NCBI GenBank assembly: GCA_043748275.1
Contig: JAYTNO010000198.1
Coordinates: 16,008 to 80,007, forward strand
Source: Flavobacterium sp.
GTDB taxonomy: Bacteria > Bacteroidota > Bacteroidia > Flavobacteriales > Flavobacteriaceae
DNA length: 64,000 bases
Direction: 5' to 3'
The notes under the pieces are model-generated. The model was not told where the DNA came from, did not search any database, and worked only from the letters and a program-made list of their open reading frames with translations. Both the position numbers and the translations under genes were made by a program. Shown piece after piece: positions 40,542 through 49,203 of this stretch. How positions within the stretch are numbered: position 1 is the first letter of the stretch; each line of letters begins with the position of its first letter.

Positions 40542-41003
40542 ATGTTTATAAATAAATCAGATTTAGGAACTGTAATCTATGATTATCAACTAGACCAAAT
40601 TACTGAAGGTAACGATGATTTAGTCGCACAAGCTTGTAGTGCTGCCATCGAAGAAGCAAGAAGCTATTTAACCCCAAATACCGATAATAAAAAGTGGCTT
40701 GATGGTAGATTACTGTATGATGTAGAAGCAATTTTTTTAAAAGAAGGAAATGACCGACATTCACTAGTAGTGCAACATTGCTGCACATTGGCAAAGTGGT
40801 ATGTCGCAGAGCTCTGTAATGCGGACTTTATCTACGAAAAAGCAAAAGACCGATACGATCGTGCTACAAGTTGGTTTACAAAAGTAGCTACAGGAACAAT
40901 AAACGTTTCATCATTGCCACAATTAGTGCGTGATGAAACTACAGCAGGAGAAAAACAACCTTTTGAATTTGGTTCAAGAGCAAAATTTAATCACGATTAT
41001 TAA
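40542..41003 (+). CDS. Mu gp36-like protein (DUF1320)
   Basis: AIEEARSYL...YD...DRYDRA..W. Confidence 0.75.
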   Translation: MFINKSDLGTVIYDYQLDQITEGNDDLVAQACSAAIEEARSYLTPNTDNKKWLDGRLLYDVEAIFLKEGNDRHSLVVQHCCTLAKWYVAELCNADFIYEKAKDRYDRATSWFTKVATGTINVSSLPQLVRDETTAGEKQPFEFGSRAKFNHDY

Positions 41004-41004
41004 A

Positions 41005-42252
41005 ATGGGAAGTATTACAAATTTTTTTAAAAACCCTTTTGGTGGTAAAACTGAAACGGTAGACCTTGCAGTTAAAACGTCAAAAGCTGGTAATAGCTAT
41101 ATTCAAAATATAGTTCCTAAAACTATTAGTCAAACAAGGCAAGATATTAAGACATGGACGAATGCGCAAAATATGGCAATGGTAGAAGAGAACCCAAAGT
41201 TCTTTCCTATTCAAAACTTATATGACAATATTCTTAAAGATTTGCATTTGCAATCTCAGGTCAATAATAGAATGCTTAAATCATTGAGCCGCCCATTTAG
41301 TATTAAAAATGCCGATGGAAAAACCAATGATGTTTTAACCACTTTACTCCAGGACAAAGGATTTGTTTTTCAAATCAACAAAGCTATTTTGTATTCCGAA
41401 TTTAGAAGGCATTCATTAGGTGAGTTCTCGTATAAATTAGTCAACAATGAGCCTGTATTGACATTCGATTGTATTCCACGTCAAAATGTTGATCCTGTAA
41501 ACGGCTATATTTATTATGACTATACTGATGATAAAAAAATAAAGTACCGTGAGCAAAAAGAATACGGTTCTTGGTTGATTGAGTTTGGCGAAAAAAATAC
41601 CACTTTAGGCTTATTAGATGGTTGTGTACCTATGGTGTTATTCAAACGTTTTGGCGGTAGCTGTTGGAGTGAATTATGTGAGATATATGGAATTCCACCA
41701 CGTGTAATGAAAACCAATACACAAGATAAAGTAATGGTTAGTCGTGCCAAACAAATGATGGCTGATATGGGATCTGCAGCTTACTTTATTATTGATGATT
41801 CTGAAAGCTTCGAGTTTGCCAAAGGCGTGAATACTAATGGAGATGTATATGCTAATTTATTGCATTATTGCAATAATGAACTGTCTATGGGTATCTCTGG
41901 AACTATCGTAGGTCAGGATACTAAAAATGGATCTAACGGAAAAGAAAAAACCTCGATTAGTATTCTTGATGATTTGGTTGATAGTGATTTATCATTGATA
42001 GAACAGTGTTGGCGTGATACTGTTATACCTGCACTTCAAACTTTGGGAATACTTCCTGCAGGTGTATTATACAAATATGATGCAACTGAAGATTTAGATC
42101 TATTATGGAAAATGACTACCGAGGCAGCAAATTTTTTAGAGATAGATCCTAAATGGGTTGAAACAAAATTTGGCATTAAGGTCTTGGGAACAAAAACAAC
42201 TACACCACAAACCAATTTGTCTTTAAATTTAGGAGAAGATTTTTTCGTATAA
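41005..42252 (+). CDS. Portal protein (DUF935 / Mu gp29-like)
   Basis: WSELCEIYGIPPRVMKT, CNNELS motifs. Confidence 0.85.
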   Translation: MGSITNFFKNPFGGKTETVDLAVKTSKAGNSYIQNIVPKTISQTRQDIKTWTNAQNMAMVEENPKFFPIQNLYDNILKDLHLQSQVNNRMLKSLSRPFSIKNADGKTNDVLTTLLQDKGFVFQINKAILYSEFRRHSLGEFSYKLVNNEPVLTFDCIPRQNVDPVNGYIYYDYTDDKKIKYREQKEYGSWLIEFGEKNTTLGLLDGCVPMVLFKRFGGSCWSELCEIYGIPPRVMKTNTQDKVMVSRAKQMMADMGSAAYFIIDDSESFEFAKGVNTNGDVYANLLHYCNNELSMGISGTIVGQDTKNGSNGKEKTSISILDDLVDSDLSLIEQCWRDTVIPALQTLGILPAGVLYKYDATEDLDLLWKMTTEAANFLEIDPKWVETKFGIKVLGTKTTTPQTNLSLNLGEDFFV

Positions 42253-43514
42253 GCCCTAACTACTTTGGGGCATTTCACTTACGAATATCAAGTTTGTATA
42301 CTTGTGGTTGTGATGATTGTAAAGACAAAGAAAATGGATTCAATTTGTCACTTGGTGATTCGTTTAAACAACTTTTAACCGCTGGTAAAGAAGCGTTAAA
42401 ACGCTTACACGAAATTGGAAGCTACAAGCCTCAGGACTTGAAAAATGAAAAGGTATATCAAGATTTGATTAATCAAACTTTTGACATTTTTAATTTTGCC
42501 ATAACAGACAATGATATGCCAGATGTAATGCGAACGGCTTTAGAAAATGATGCATTTCTATTTGGTGGTCTAAAAGTCCACGCACAACTATTTGAAGCTT
42601 CAAAACTATTGTTAGATGATAATGGAAATTTGAAACCATTCAAACAATTGTCTAATGAATTTGATAAACTTAATTTAACCTACAATAAAAACTATTTGGA
42701 GGCTGAATATGAGTTTGCTGTTGGTTCATCACAAATGGCAGCCAAATGGTCTGAGTTCAGTAATAATGATAATTATTATTTACAGTATCGAACTGCAGGT
42801 GACAATAGAGTTCGAGATGAGCATGCAGCACTTAATGGAACTACTTTACCAAAAAGTGATTCATTTTGGAGCTCTTATATACCACCAAATGGTTGGAACT
42901 GTCGTTGTACTGTTGTTGAAGTTCTCAAAGATAAATATCCAATAAGTGATTCTAGTAAAAGCATTACTGCAGGTGAAAAAGCCACAACACAAATTGGTAA
43001 AGATGGCAAAAACCGATTAGAAATATTTAGGTTTAATCCTGGTGCAGATAAAAAGTTGTTTCCACCCAAACATCCAAACAATTTAATTGCTGGAGCTAAA
43101 GCTGCTAAACCAATTATTGTAACAATGTTTTGTGAAAAACCTGATTTTAAAAATACTAAAAAAGAATTAATAACTCGATTGGTAAAAGGAAATGTTCAAG
43201 TTGAAAGGAAGGAATTAAGTAAACCTATAACATTCACTTCGGGAGGAATAAGAGACGCCGTTAATAAACCTCACGAATATATAGCAGAAAAAAATAAGAT
43301 GCTTTTAAATATTGATAAAGTACTAAAAAAAGCAACTTATTTAGGAAGTGAAGATGATTATAAAAAAAATCCAATGGTTGCTAAAATTCACATATTTGAA
43401 ACTGATCTAAAAGGAGTAAGAACCTTTTTAATCAATCGTGAACTTATAACAGGTGAAATACATTTTTATAGTATATCTGATGGAGAGAAGGTAATTAAAG
43501 ATATAAAAAAATAG
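42240..43514 (+). CDS. MuF (gpF-like) minor head protein with C-terminal LPD3/BECR-like extension; probably entered by -1 frameshift
   Basis: YRTAGDNRVRDEHAAL, PPNGWNCRC; frame open from 42180 with no ATG near its 5' end. Confidence 0.8.
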   Translation, partial: FFRISPNYFGAFHLRISSLYTCGCDDCKDKENGFNLSLGDSFKQLLTAGKEALKRLHEIGSYKPQDLKNEKVYQDLINQTFDIFNFAITDNDMPDVMRTALENDAFLFGGLKVHAQLFEASKLLLDDNGNLKPFKQLSNEFDKLNLTYNKNYLEAEYEFAVGSSQMAAKWSEFSNNDNYYLQYRTAGDNRVRDEHAALNGTTLPKSDSFWSSYIPPNGWNCRCTVVEVLKDKYPISDSSKSITAGEKATTQIGKDGKNRLEIFRFNPGADKKLFPPKHPNNLIAGAKAAKPIIVTMFCEKPDFKNTKKELITRLVKGNVQVERKELSKPITFTSGGIRDAVNKPHEYIAEKNKMLLNIDKVLKKATYLGSEDDYKKNPMVAKIHIFETDLKGVRTFLINRELITGEIHFYSISDGEKVIKDIKK

Positions 43515-43566
43515 CCAAACAACCATTTCAGAGGAACTACAATCCAATGCTGTATCGTTTGACTAC
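43505..43566 (-). ncRNA. Candidate antisense small RNA with anticodon-like loop
   Basis: TATATTTG box 43578-43571; G-U-supported stem; GGA-TTGTAGT-TCC; U7 tail. Confidence 0.5.
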
Positions 43567-43592
43567 AATGCAAATATACAAAACTTTTCAAT

Positions 43593-44195
43593 ATGCAAGA
43601 CTTTATAAAAAATATTATTTCTAATGTTCGTATAGACTTAACTGATGAGTTTGACAGGAACTTTGAACGAAAAGCCTTCTTTGACAAAGCTTGGGAAAAT
43701 AACAAAATTCCTAATCGAAGAGGCAGTTTAATGATGAGAACCGGAAAGCTTAGACGATCAGTAAGGTCAAAGCAAACAAATAATGATATCACCTGGTCTA
43801 GTAGTTTGCCTTATGCTAGTTTGCAAAATGAAGGTGGCGAAATTATTGTAACCGAAAAAATGAAACGCTTCTTTTGGGCGATGTATTTTAAGGCGGCAGG
43901 AGCAATTAGTAAATCAATCGAGCAAAAAGACGGAAGTCGAGTTCTTTTTGTTTCGTCAGATAGCAAAAGTAGAATGAATAAACAGGCTAACTCGAAAAGT
44001 CAACGAAGTATTAGAATGAATGCAGAAGCTGCAACATGGAAAGCATTGGCCTTGCAAAAAGTAGGTGCAAAAATGAAAATAAAACAACGCCAATTCATTG
44101 GTGATCATCCACAAGTCAGACAACGAATTGAACATGTTGTAGACTTAAACATGAAAGAACTAGAAAAAGAAATCTTTAATAAATTGAAACGATGA
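43593..44195 (+). CDS. Phage virion morphogenesis protein (Mu gpG-like)
   Basis: LMMRTGKLRRS, PYASLQNEGG, RQFIG. Confidence 0.8.
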   Translation: MQDFIKNIISNVRIDLTDEFDRNFERKAFFDKAWENNKIPNRRGSLMMRTGKLRRSVRSKQTNNDITWSSSLPYASLQNEGGEIIVTEKMKRFFWAMYFKAAGAISKSIEQKDGSRVLFVSSDSKSRMNKQANSKSQRSIRMNAEAATWKALALQKVGAKMKIKQRQFIGDHPQVRQRIEHVVDLNMKELEKEIFNKLKR

Positions 44196-44236
44196 AACCG
44201 TAAGGTTCACGATTTCCATAACTTAAATATAAAATT

Positions 44237-44692
44237 ATGAGTAAAGTAGTACTGCAGAATATTCAAAACATATTATCAACTATTCCGGAACTAAAATATA
44301 TTGATGAAGATTGGGGACAACTGGATGATTACACTCCAAATCCACCAGTACAGTTTCCGTTGGTACTTATTGATATTGGTAGCTTACAGTTTAGTGATAT
44401 TTCAAAAGATAGAAATGCAACTCCTATGAATAGACAAATGGCAACAGGTACCATTGTCTTGAGCATTGCTAATCTGAAGTTGACCAATACTAGTTTTAAA
44501 GCTCCTAAAACTCAAAAGGAACAAGCGTGGAGTATTTGGGACATTGTTGAGGATGTTCATAAAAAATTACACGGCGTTCATGTAGAAGGTTCTGCCGGAG
44601 CTATGATGAGAACCAATATGCGAAAAGTGAAACGTGATGATGGCATTCAAGAATACGAAGTTACTTATACTATCGGAATGACTAATGTTTAA
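44237..44692 (+). CDS. Tail terminator / gp37-like protein
   Basis: YIDEDWGQL..PPVQFP. Confidence 0.6.
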   Translation: MSKVVLQNIQNILSTIPELKYIDEDWGQLDDYTPNPPVQFPLVLIDIGSLQFSDISKDRNATPMNRQMATGTIVLSIANLKLTNTSFKAPKTQKEQAWSIWDIVEDVHKKLHGVHVEGSAGAMMRTNMRKVKRDDGIQEYEVTYTIGMTNV

Positions 44693-44937
44693 TCAAACAG
44701 CTTTGTTTGAGCGTCTATTTTGGCCTGTACGGCACGAAGTTCTGATGTAATGGGTGTAAACAACACTTCGTATAAAGTAGTGCGTGAAATAGGGTAAATA
44801 GGGTAAATGTACTTTCTTAAAACAACCGTGGTTGGGATATCTTCGGTTTTGTGTTTTTCGTACAGCTCCTTTATAAGCTTGTAACGCAAGAGCTTATTTT
44901 TTTGAATTCCTAGACTACGATTTACCGATATTGCCAT
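44689..44937 (-). CDS. Small HTH protein, candidate late activator
   Basis: YIYPIYPISRTTLY; -7 box TATTTTTG ends 4 nt before the ATG. Confidence 0.55.
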   Translation of the reverse strand: MAISVNRSLGIQKNKLLRYKLIKELYEKHKTEDIPTTVVLRKYIYPIYPISRTTLYEVLFTPITSELRAVQAKIDAQTKLFD

Positions 44938-45018
44938 ATAGCAAAAATAGAAAACTATTTTATATAAAAAAACCCACTTTTTTGAGTGGGTTTTCAAATG
45001 GAGTGGTTTTGTTTAAAA

Positions 45019-45318
45019 TTAAAATTTTTCGTAATATCGTATGTACACTTTGTTAAGCATTGGTATTATTTCATCGCCTTCAATATCAAAAAAAGGTGAT
45101 GCGTGCATAAACATATTGGCTCTTCTTTGCATTCTGGTGTGAATAAAGGTTGCGATCTTTATAATGGCTTCGTCGTGCGGCGTTATGGCTTCTAGTTCTA
45201 GCTCTGGTTGGTTCTCTTCTACTACCATTAGCTTGTTGTCTGTGACTTTGAACCCTATGGGGTTTCTATGATTGGTGTGAGACGTTTTCATAAAATTAAA
45301 GGTTTTGAGGTTGATCAT
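45019..45318 (-). CDS. Phage hypothetical protein
   Basis: ORF with RNPIGFK motif. Confidence 0.55.
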   Translation of the reverse strand: MINLKTFNFMKTSHTNHRNPIGFKVTDNKLMVVEENQPELELEAITPHDEAIIKIATFIHTRMQRRANMFMHASPFFDIEGDEIIPMLNKVYIRYYEKF

Positions 45319-45979
45319 TCGCTTTTTTGCAGGTATTGCAAACGATAATGCGTTGTACTACTTTTTCATCGCTTATTAAAACAATGGCTTTTCTACGCTC
45401 GTTTACACGATGGTCGCACTCAAGAGTTGTGCGAACAAACCAGTTGAGCGGATGCAATGTTCTAAAGTTATTTGCAAAATTGGTAATTTCTGCTTTGGTG
45501 CGGAAGTATTTGGTTGTGATGGTTCTCACGGGAGTTTCATTAAAAAGTACCTGCGTGTAGGGAATATCACGAGCATCGATGAAATCTTTGCTTTTTTTAG
45601 ATACACCGTAAAACCCTTTTTTGCGGATACTTGGTAAAACTTCGTCCATTACCCAACGTTCAAATTTTTGCGCTGACGGCAAAGTTGAGTTTGTAATTAA
45701 GCGATAAACATCACCTTCTGGAATAACCAATACTTGAAGTTGTTTGGTTTTTGATTGCGGATGCGGTATGGTATGTTTTGTACCGTACCGACAATGCCTT
45801 TGAATTGCTTTATGTGGTTGGTCATAACCTAAAGCTTTTGCAATATCTGAGCCAACAAAATGAGGCTCTCCATTTACAATCACATTTCTAATTTCGGATT
45901 TGCTTTCACTGAAGTTGAAAGTCATTACCTCCGATTGCTCATTTATAGACTGAACTAGTCTCTTTTCTTGGTTTGTCAT
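45296..45979 (-). CDS. BRO-N family antirepressor
   Basis: GEPHFVGSDIAKALGY, IPEGDVYRLI, FERWVMDEVLPSIRKKG. Confidence 0.9.
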   Translation of the reverse strand: MTNQEKRLVQSINEQSEVMTFNFSESKSEIRNVIVNGEPHFVGSDIAKALGYDQPHKAIQRHCRYGTKHTIPHPQSKTKQLQVLVIPEGDVYRLITNSTLPSAQKFERWVMDEVLPSIRKKGFYGVSKKSKDFIDARDIPYTQVLFNETPVRTITTKYFRTKAEITNFANNFRTLHPLNWFVRTTLECDHRVNERRKAIVLISDEKVVQRIIVCNTCKKANDQPQNL

Positions 45980-46160
45980 TTTGAAAAAGTTAAAATTAAT
46001 AAATAGCAACGCCGTTGCGTTAGGTGTGACAAACCAAGCTCCAAAGGAGAAAGTTTAATGGCTCTTTCGATAACCAAACACCATAACAACGGTTTGCTAT
46101 GAGTTTTCGATAAATTTTAAGGACTTCTCCTCTGTAACCTGATTTGTCGAGACAAATATA
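45967..46160 (-). promoter_or_regulatory. Promoter and structured leader of the antirepressor
   Basis: TATATTTG 46160-46153; 12-nt leader segment complementary to the start-codon region. Confidence 0.65.
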
Positions 46161-46164
46161 TAAA

Positions 46165-46502
46165 TTATTCTTTATGATAATAAAATTGTTCTCTTATTTT
46201 TTCAATTGCTTCTAATTGTCCATTATCTGGAAGCTCATAAGTTTTAAACATATACTTGGCACTATAACCAATTTTAATTAGATTTTCCTTCCTGTTTTCT
46301 TCGCCATATGGACATTTTACAAATTTGTATTTTTCAGTTGGATTGCCATTTTTATCTAATGGTTCAAACCAATGTATGCTTCTATCCATCAAATCTTTTC
46401 CATCATAAAGAAATGATTCCGGTTTATCATTAATTCTTTCTAATCCTTTATTACGTCGTGTTTGGTTTTTTCTATTATTAAAAAATTTATTTTGATTATC
46501 AT
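46165..46502 (-). pseudogene. Probable remnant of a QTRR...CPYG-type phage protein
   Basis: RKNQTRR and KCPYG motifs in a frame lacking a good start; coupled ATG at 46502 is out of frame. Confidence 0.4.
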
Positions 46503-46678
46503 TTTTTGTCTTTTTTATCCTGGTTAAAACCAATTAACTTTTCATCTGGGTAGATACGGTTGGCATAACGTGGAGCTTGAATGAGTAGATCTAATTCTTT
46601 GAGCTCTGTATCTGAACAATTCTCTAAGAACTGTTCTACTGTAATTGATACTGTAAGGACTTTAGTAATTGTAGGCAT
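46499..46678 (-). CDS. 59-aa phage hypothetical protein (not in ORF track)
   Basis: MPTITKVLTVSITVEQFLENCSDTELKELDLLI...KKDKK*. Confidence 0.6.
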   Translation of the reverse strand: MPTITKVLTVSITVEQFLENCSDTELKELDLLIQAPRYANRIYPDEKLIGFNQDKKDKK

Positions 46679-46690
46679 ATTTATAAAAAT

Positions 46691-46933
46691 TTACTCATTG
46701 TCTATAACAAATTTCACGTTTAATATTTTTCTTGTTTTTCTGTGATTCTTTACGCCGTTATAGCTTAAATTATGTGTTTTGGCATAATCTGCAATAGTTT
46801 GTAGTCCTAAATATTTTCCTAAAGCTTCAATAAATTGCACTAGGTCATCGTTTGTCAAGTTACCATCCATCATATTACTATCTAACCAAACGATTAGTTT
46901 TTGTGCATTGGTTGATATTACTGGATTTGGCAT
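46691..46933 (-). CDS. 80-aa protein with C-terminal HTH-like segment next to the cassette array
   Basis: LQTIADYAKTHNLSYNGVKNHR. Confidence 0.7.
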   Translation of the reverse strand: MPNPVISTNAQKLIVWLDSNMMDGNLTNDDLVQFIEALGKYLGLQTIADYAKTHNLSYNGVKNHRKTRKILNVKFVIDNE

Positions 46934-46979
46934 AGGTGCAATTTATTGAATTAGTGATATTAGGTAGTTACAAGCAATC

Positions 46980-47714
46980 CTAAGCAACATCGTCAAAAAT
47001 AGAAACTTGCTTAGTGTTTGATTTTTTTGTTATTCCTACTACAATTTCAAAAACAGTTTTACCAGCTTCGTAGTCAACTAAATTTCTTGAAATTTTATCT
47101 CGTCTTTGTGTTCCTTTGTATTTATAAAAATCATAATCGTGAAATTTGCACCAGGAGTCAATTTCTCCTTTGCTTTCCATTCCTACTGATTTTCTTTTAC
47201 TTAATTCCATTGGTAAATTAAAGTTTGTCCAGTATAAATGACGACCTCTTTTTTTAGCGGAAATTAACGGGTCGTAATACGGAGTTACATTTTCAACTAC
47301 ATATTTTCCCTCAAAGTAATTATCTAAAAAAATAACTTCTTCGTATAATTTAAAATCAGGGAATACCGGTTTATGATTGCTTTTATCGCTCTTTCTACTT
47401 CCAAACGCTGCTTTGCTATGACTTGGACAAGGTGGCGAACTCCATATAAAATCAAACTTTTTATAATTTTCTAATAAGTATTGATGTGCATCCGCAATTA
47501 TTACTTTATCTTTTGGAAATCTTTCTTTATAGAGCCTTGCTAATTCTTCATCCCACTCAATAGCCGTAACTTCTAAATTTATATTTGCTTCTTCCGCTAC
47601 TTCATCCCATTTGTACCGGTTACCACCTAAACAGGCGTATAAATTCAAAACACGAAAAGGACTGCTTGTAACAGCGGTTTTGAGCAAGCGGGCATCAGTT
47701 TTTAATTCAGTCAT
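46980..47714 (-). CDS. Short C5 DNA cytosine methyltransferase
   Basis: LNLYACLGG, IWSSPPC (motif IV), VVENV (motif VI). Confidence 0.85.
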   Translation of the reverse strand: MTELKTDARLLKTAVTSSPFRVLNLYACLGGNRYKWDEVAEEANINLEVTAIEWDEELARLYKERFPKDKVIIADAHQYLLENYKKFDFIWSSPPCPSHSKAAFGSRKSDKSNHKPVFPDFKLYEEVIFLDNYFEGKYVVENVTPYYDPLISAKKRGRHLYWTNFNLPMELSKRKSVGMESKGEIDSWCKFHDYDFYKYKGTQRRDKISRNLVDYEAGKTVFEIVVGITKKSNTKQVSIFDDVA

Positions 47715-47803
47715 TTGGTATATTTTTATTATTAGTGATTAATCAAATTATTCGGGTTTTATTTTCACGCCTGCACAAAGCCGCAAACCGTTAGTTTCCA
47801 TTG

Positions 47804-48007
47804 TTACACTTGGTCTATTGAACAATGCGCAACTTTTAACCAGCCAACTCCTTTTTCTCCATTTGCAAGAGTGTGAATTGTTTTTTCTTCATCATTTATC
47901 ATTTCTTTTTTTTTGTAACCAAAAACATAACTATCCGCTATTTTTCTGCTTACATCAATTTGAAACTTATACTTTATCTTTTCTTCTTCTGTTAATTCTC
48001 TCAACAT
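47804..48007 (-). CDS. 67-aa hypothetical protein (cassette cargo)
   Basis: ATG at 48007 (MLRELTEEEK...). Confidence 0.6.
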   Translation of the reverse strand: MLRELTEEEKIKYKFQIDVSRKIADSYVFGYKKKEMINDEEKTIHTLANGEKGVGWLKVAHCSIDQV

Positions 48008-48179
48008 AATTTTAAATTTTAAATTACCACAACGGAAAACTAACACGTGTTTTCTTCAATGGCTTGGGTTAGGTTTTTCCTTCGGAAAAACCGCTGTTGA
48101 CTTCAATCTTAATTTTGTGTTTTAGTGGCTTGTTTTTGAAAACAAGCCACTAAAGAAAGCACGGGAACGTTAGCTATAA

Positions 48180-48446
48180 TTATAAAAAACATTTTACTAG
48201 AAATAAACCTGTTATTGCTCCTGTCCCTGCTCCAAGTGCATAAATAAGTTTTTGTCTTAAATCAGATAAAGCGATTTTAGAAACATTAAACGCCCAAAGC
48301 AAACTAATTGCACTCGAATATATAAAAACACCTATAAACAATTGTTTTGATATTAACATCGTGTTTATCGCTACTAATCCTATTTGTAGAAATGATTGAA
48401 AAAATATTTTCATTAGAATAATTTTTTGTGAGTTAATATTCATCAT
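48180..48446 (-). CDS. Small membrane protein
   Basis: Hydrophobic, YALGAGTGAITG. Confidence 0.7.
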   Translation of the reverse strand: MMNINSQKIILMKIFFQSFLQIGLVAINTMLISKQLFIGVFIYSSAISLLWAFNVSKIALSDLRQKLIYALGAGTGAITGLFLVKCFL

Positions 48447-48879
48447 TAAATCGTTGTTTGTTTAGCCACGTTCCAAGTAATGCTTGGGCTATTCCTGTGA
48501 GTGCAATTTTCTTTTTGTATTTTGGAACTTGAATAAAACATTTAATTTTATCGGCTTCAGTTAATTTACTGAAGAATTTTTCAGCATCTTTTCGACTCTC
48601 TTTGTAATCATAAATTTTCCATAGTGCTTCAAATGATAAATCCGCTGGCGATTTTTCTATTTCAAATACTTTTGTGTATTTTTTATTTTTACTCCAAATG
48701 TTTTTTACAATGGTTTCATTTGCTGGGAAGTTTGTCGAAAACAACCATTTCATTTGTTCGTTATTGAGTTCGCCTTCGGATATTTCAAACAGTTTTAAAT
48801 TGCCATTTAAATCGTATTTAAACAGGAATACAAGTCCTATTTGTTTTCCCTTTGCTCTATAGGTCGTAAGTTGGTCCAT
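48433..48879 (-). CDS. Phage hypothetical protein
   Basis: LSFEALWKIYDYK...AEKFF...TWLN. Confidence 0.75.
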   Translation of the reverse strand: MDQLTTYRAKGKQIGLVFLFKYDLNGNLKLFEISEGELNNEQMKWLFSTNFPANETIVKNIWSKNKKYTKVFEIEKSPADLSFEALWKIYDYKESRKDAEKFFSKLTEADKIKCFIQVPKYKKKIALTGIAQALLGTWLNKQRFNDEY

Positions 48880-49203
48880 TCATGCTATTTTTTGATGTAA
48901 CGTGTTGCAGAAGTCTAAAATGGTATTGTATTCTAAACTTTGAATGAAAGAATGAATCTCAGCATTGTGAGCTCGCAAGTATTTTTCAATGACGTAGGCT
49001 TCGTGGTAATTGAACACTAGATTAAACTTGGTGGTTGGCTTGGTCATTCGAGATAGCTGTTTTTTTATGAAACGCATCATTACAAGTTCTGCTATGCTCT
49101 TGTGAACTTTACCTTCGGTTGTATTATCAAATTGTATTCTAGACCACATATTGTTGATCGTGGCCAGACAAAATAGATCTGTTTTTATTTCGATACTTAA
49201 CAT
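48880..49203 (-). CDS. Phage hypothetical protein
   Basis: Coupled ORF in the early operon. Confidence 0.6.
   Translation of the reverse strand: MLSIEIKTDLFCLATINNMWSRIQFDNTTEGKVHKSIAELVMMRFIKKQLSRMTKPTTKFNLVFNYHEAYVIEKYLRAHNAEIHSFIQSLEYNTILDFCNTLHQKIA

Larger units (their letters stand above)
46967..48175 (+). mobile_element. Array of two integron-like cassettes with attC-like sites
   Basis: GTTACAAGCA/TGCTTGTAAC and GTTAGTTTCC/GGAAAACTAAC core pairs; two hairpins with identical geometry. Confidence 0.7.

Noticed and set aside
48169-48480. Third cassette starting at GTTAGCTATA
   Set aside because: No inverse core (TAGCTAAC) or hairpin found downstream; treated as the resident flank.
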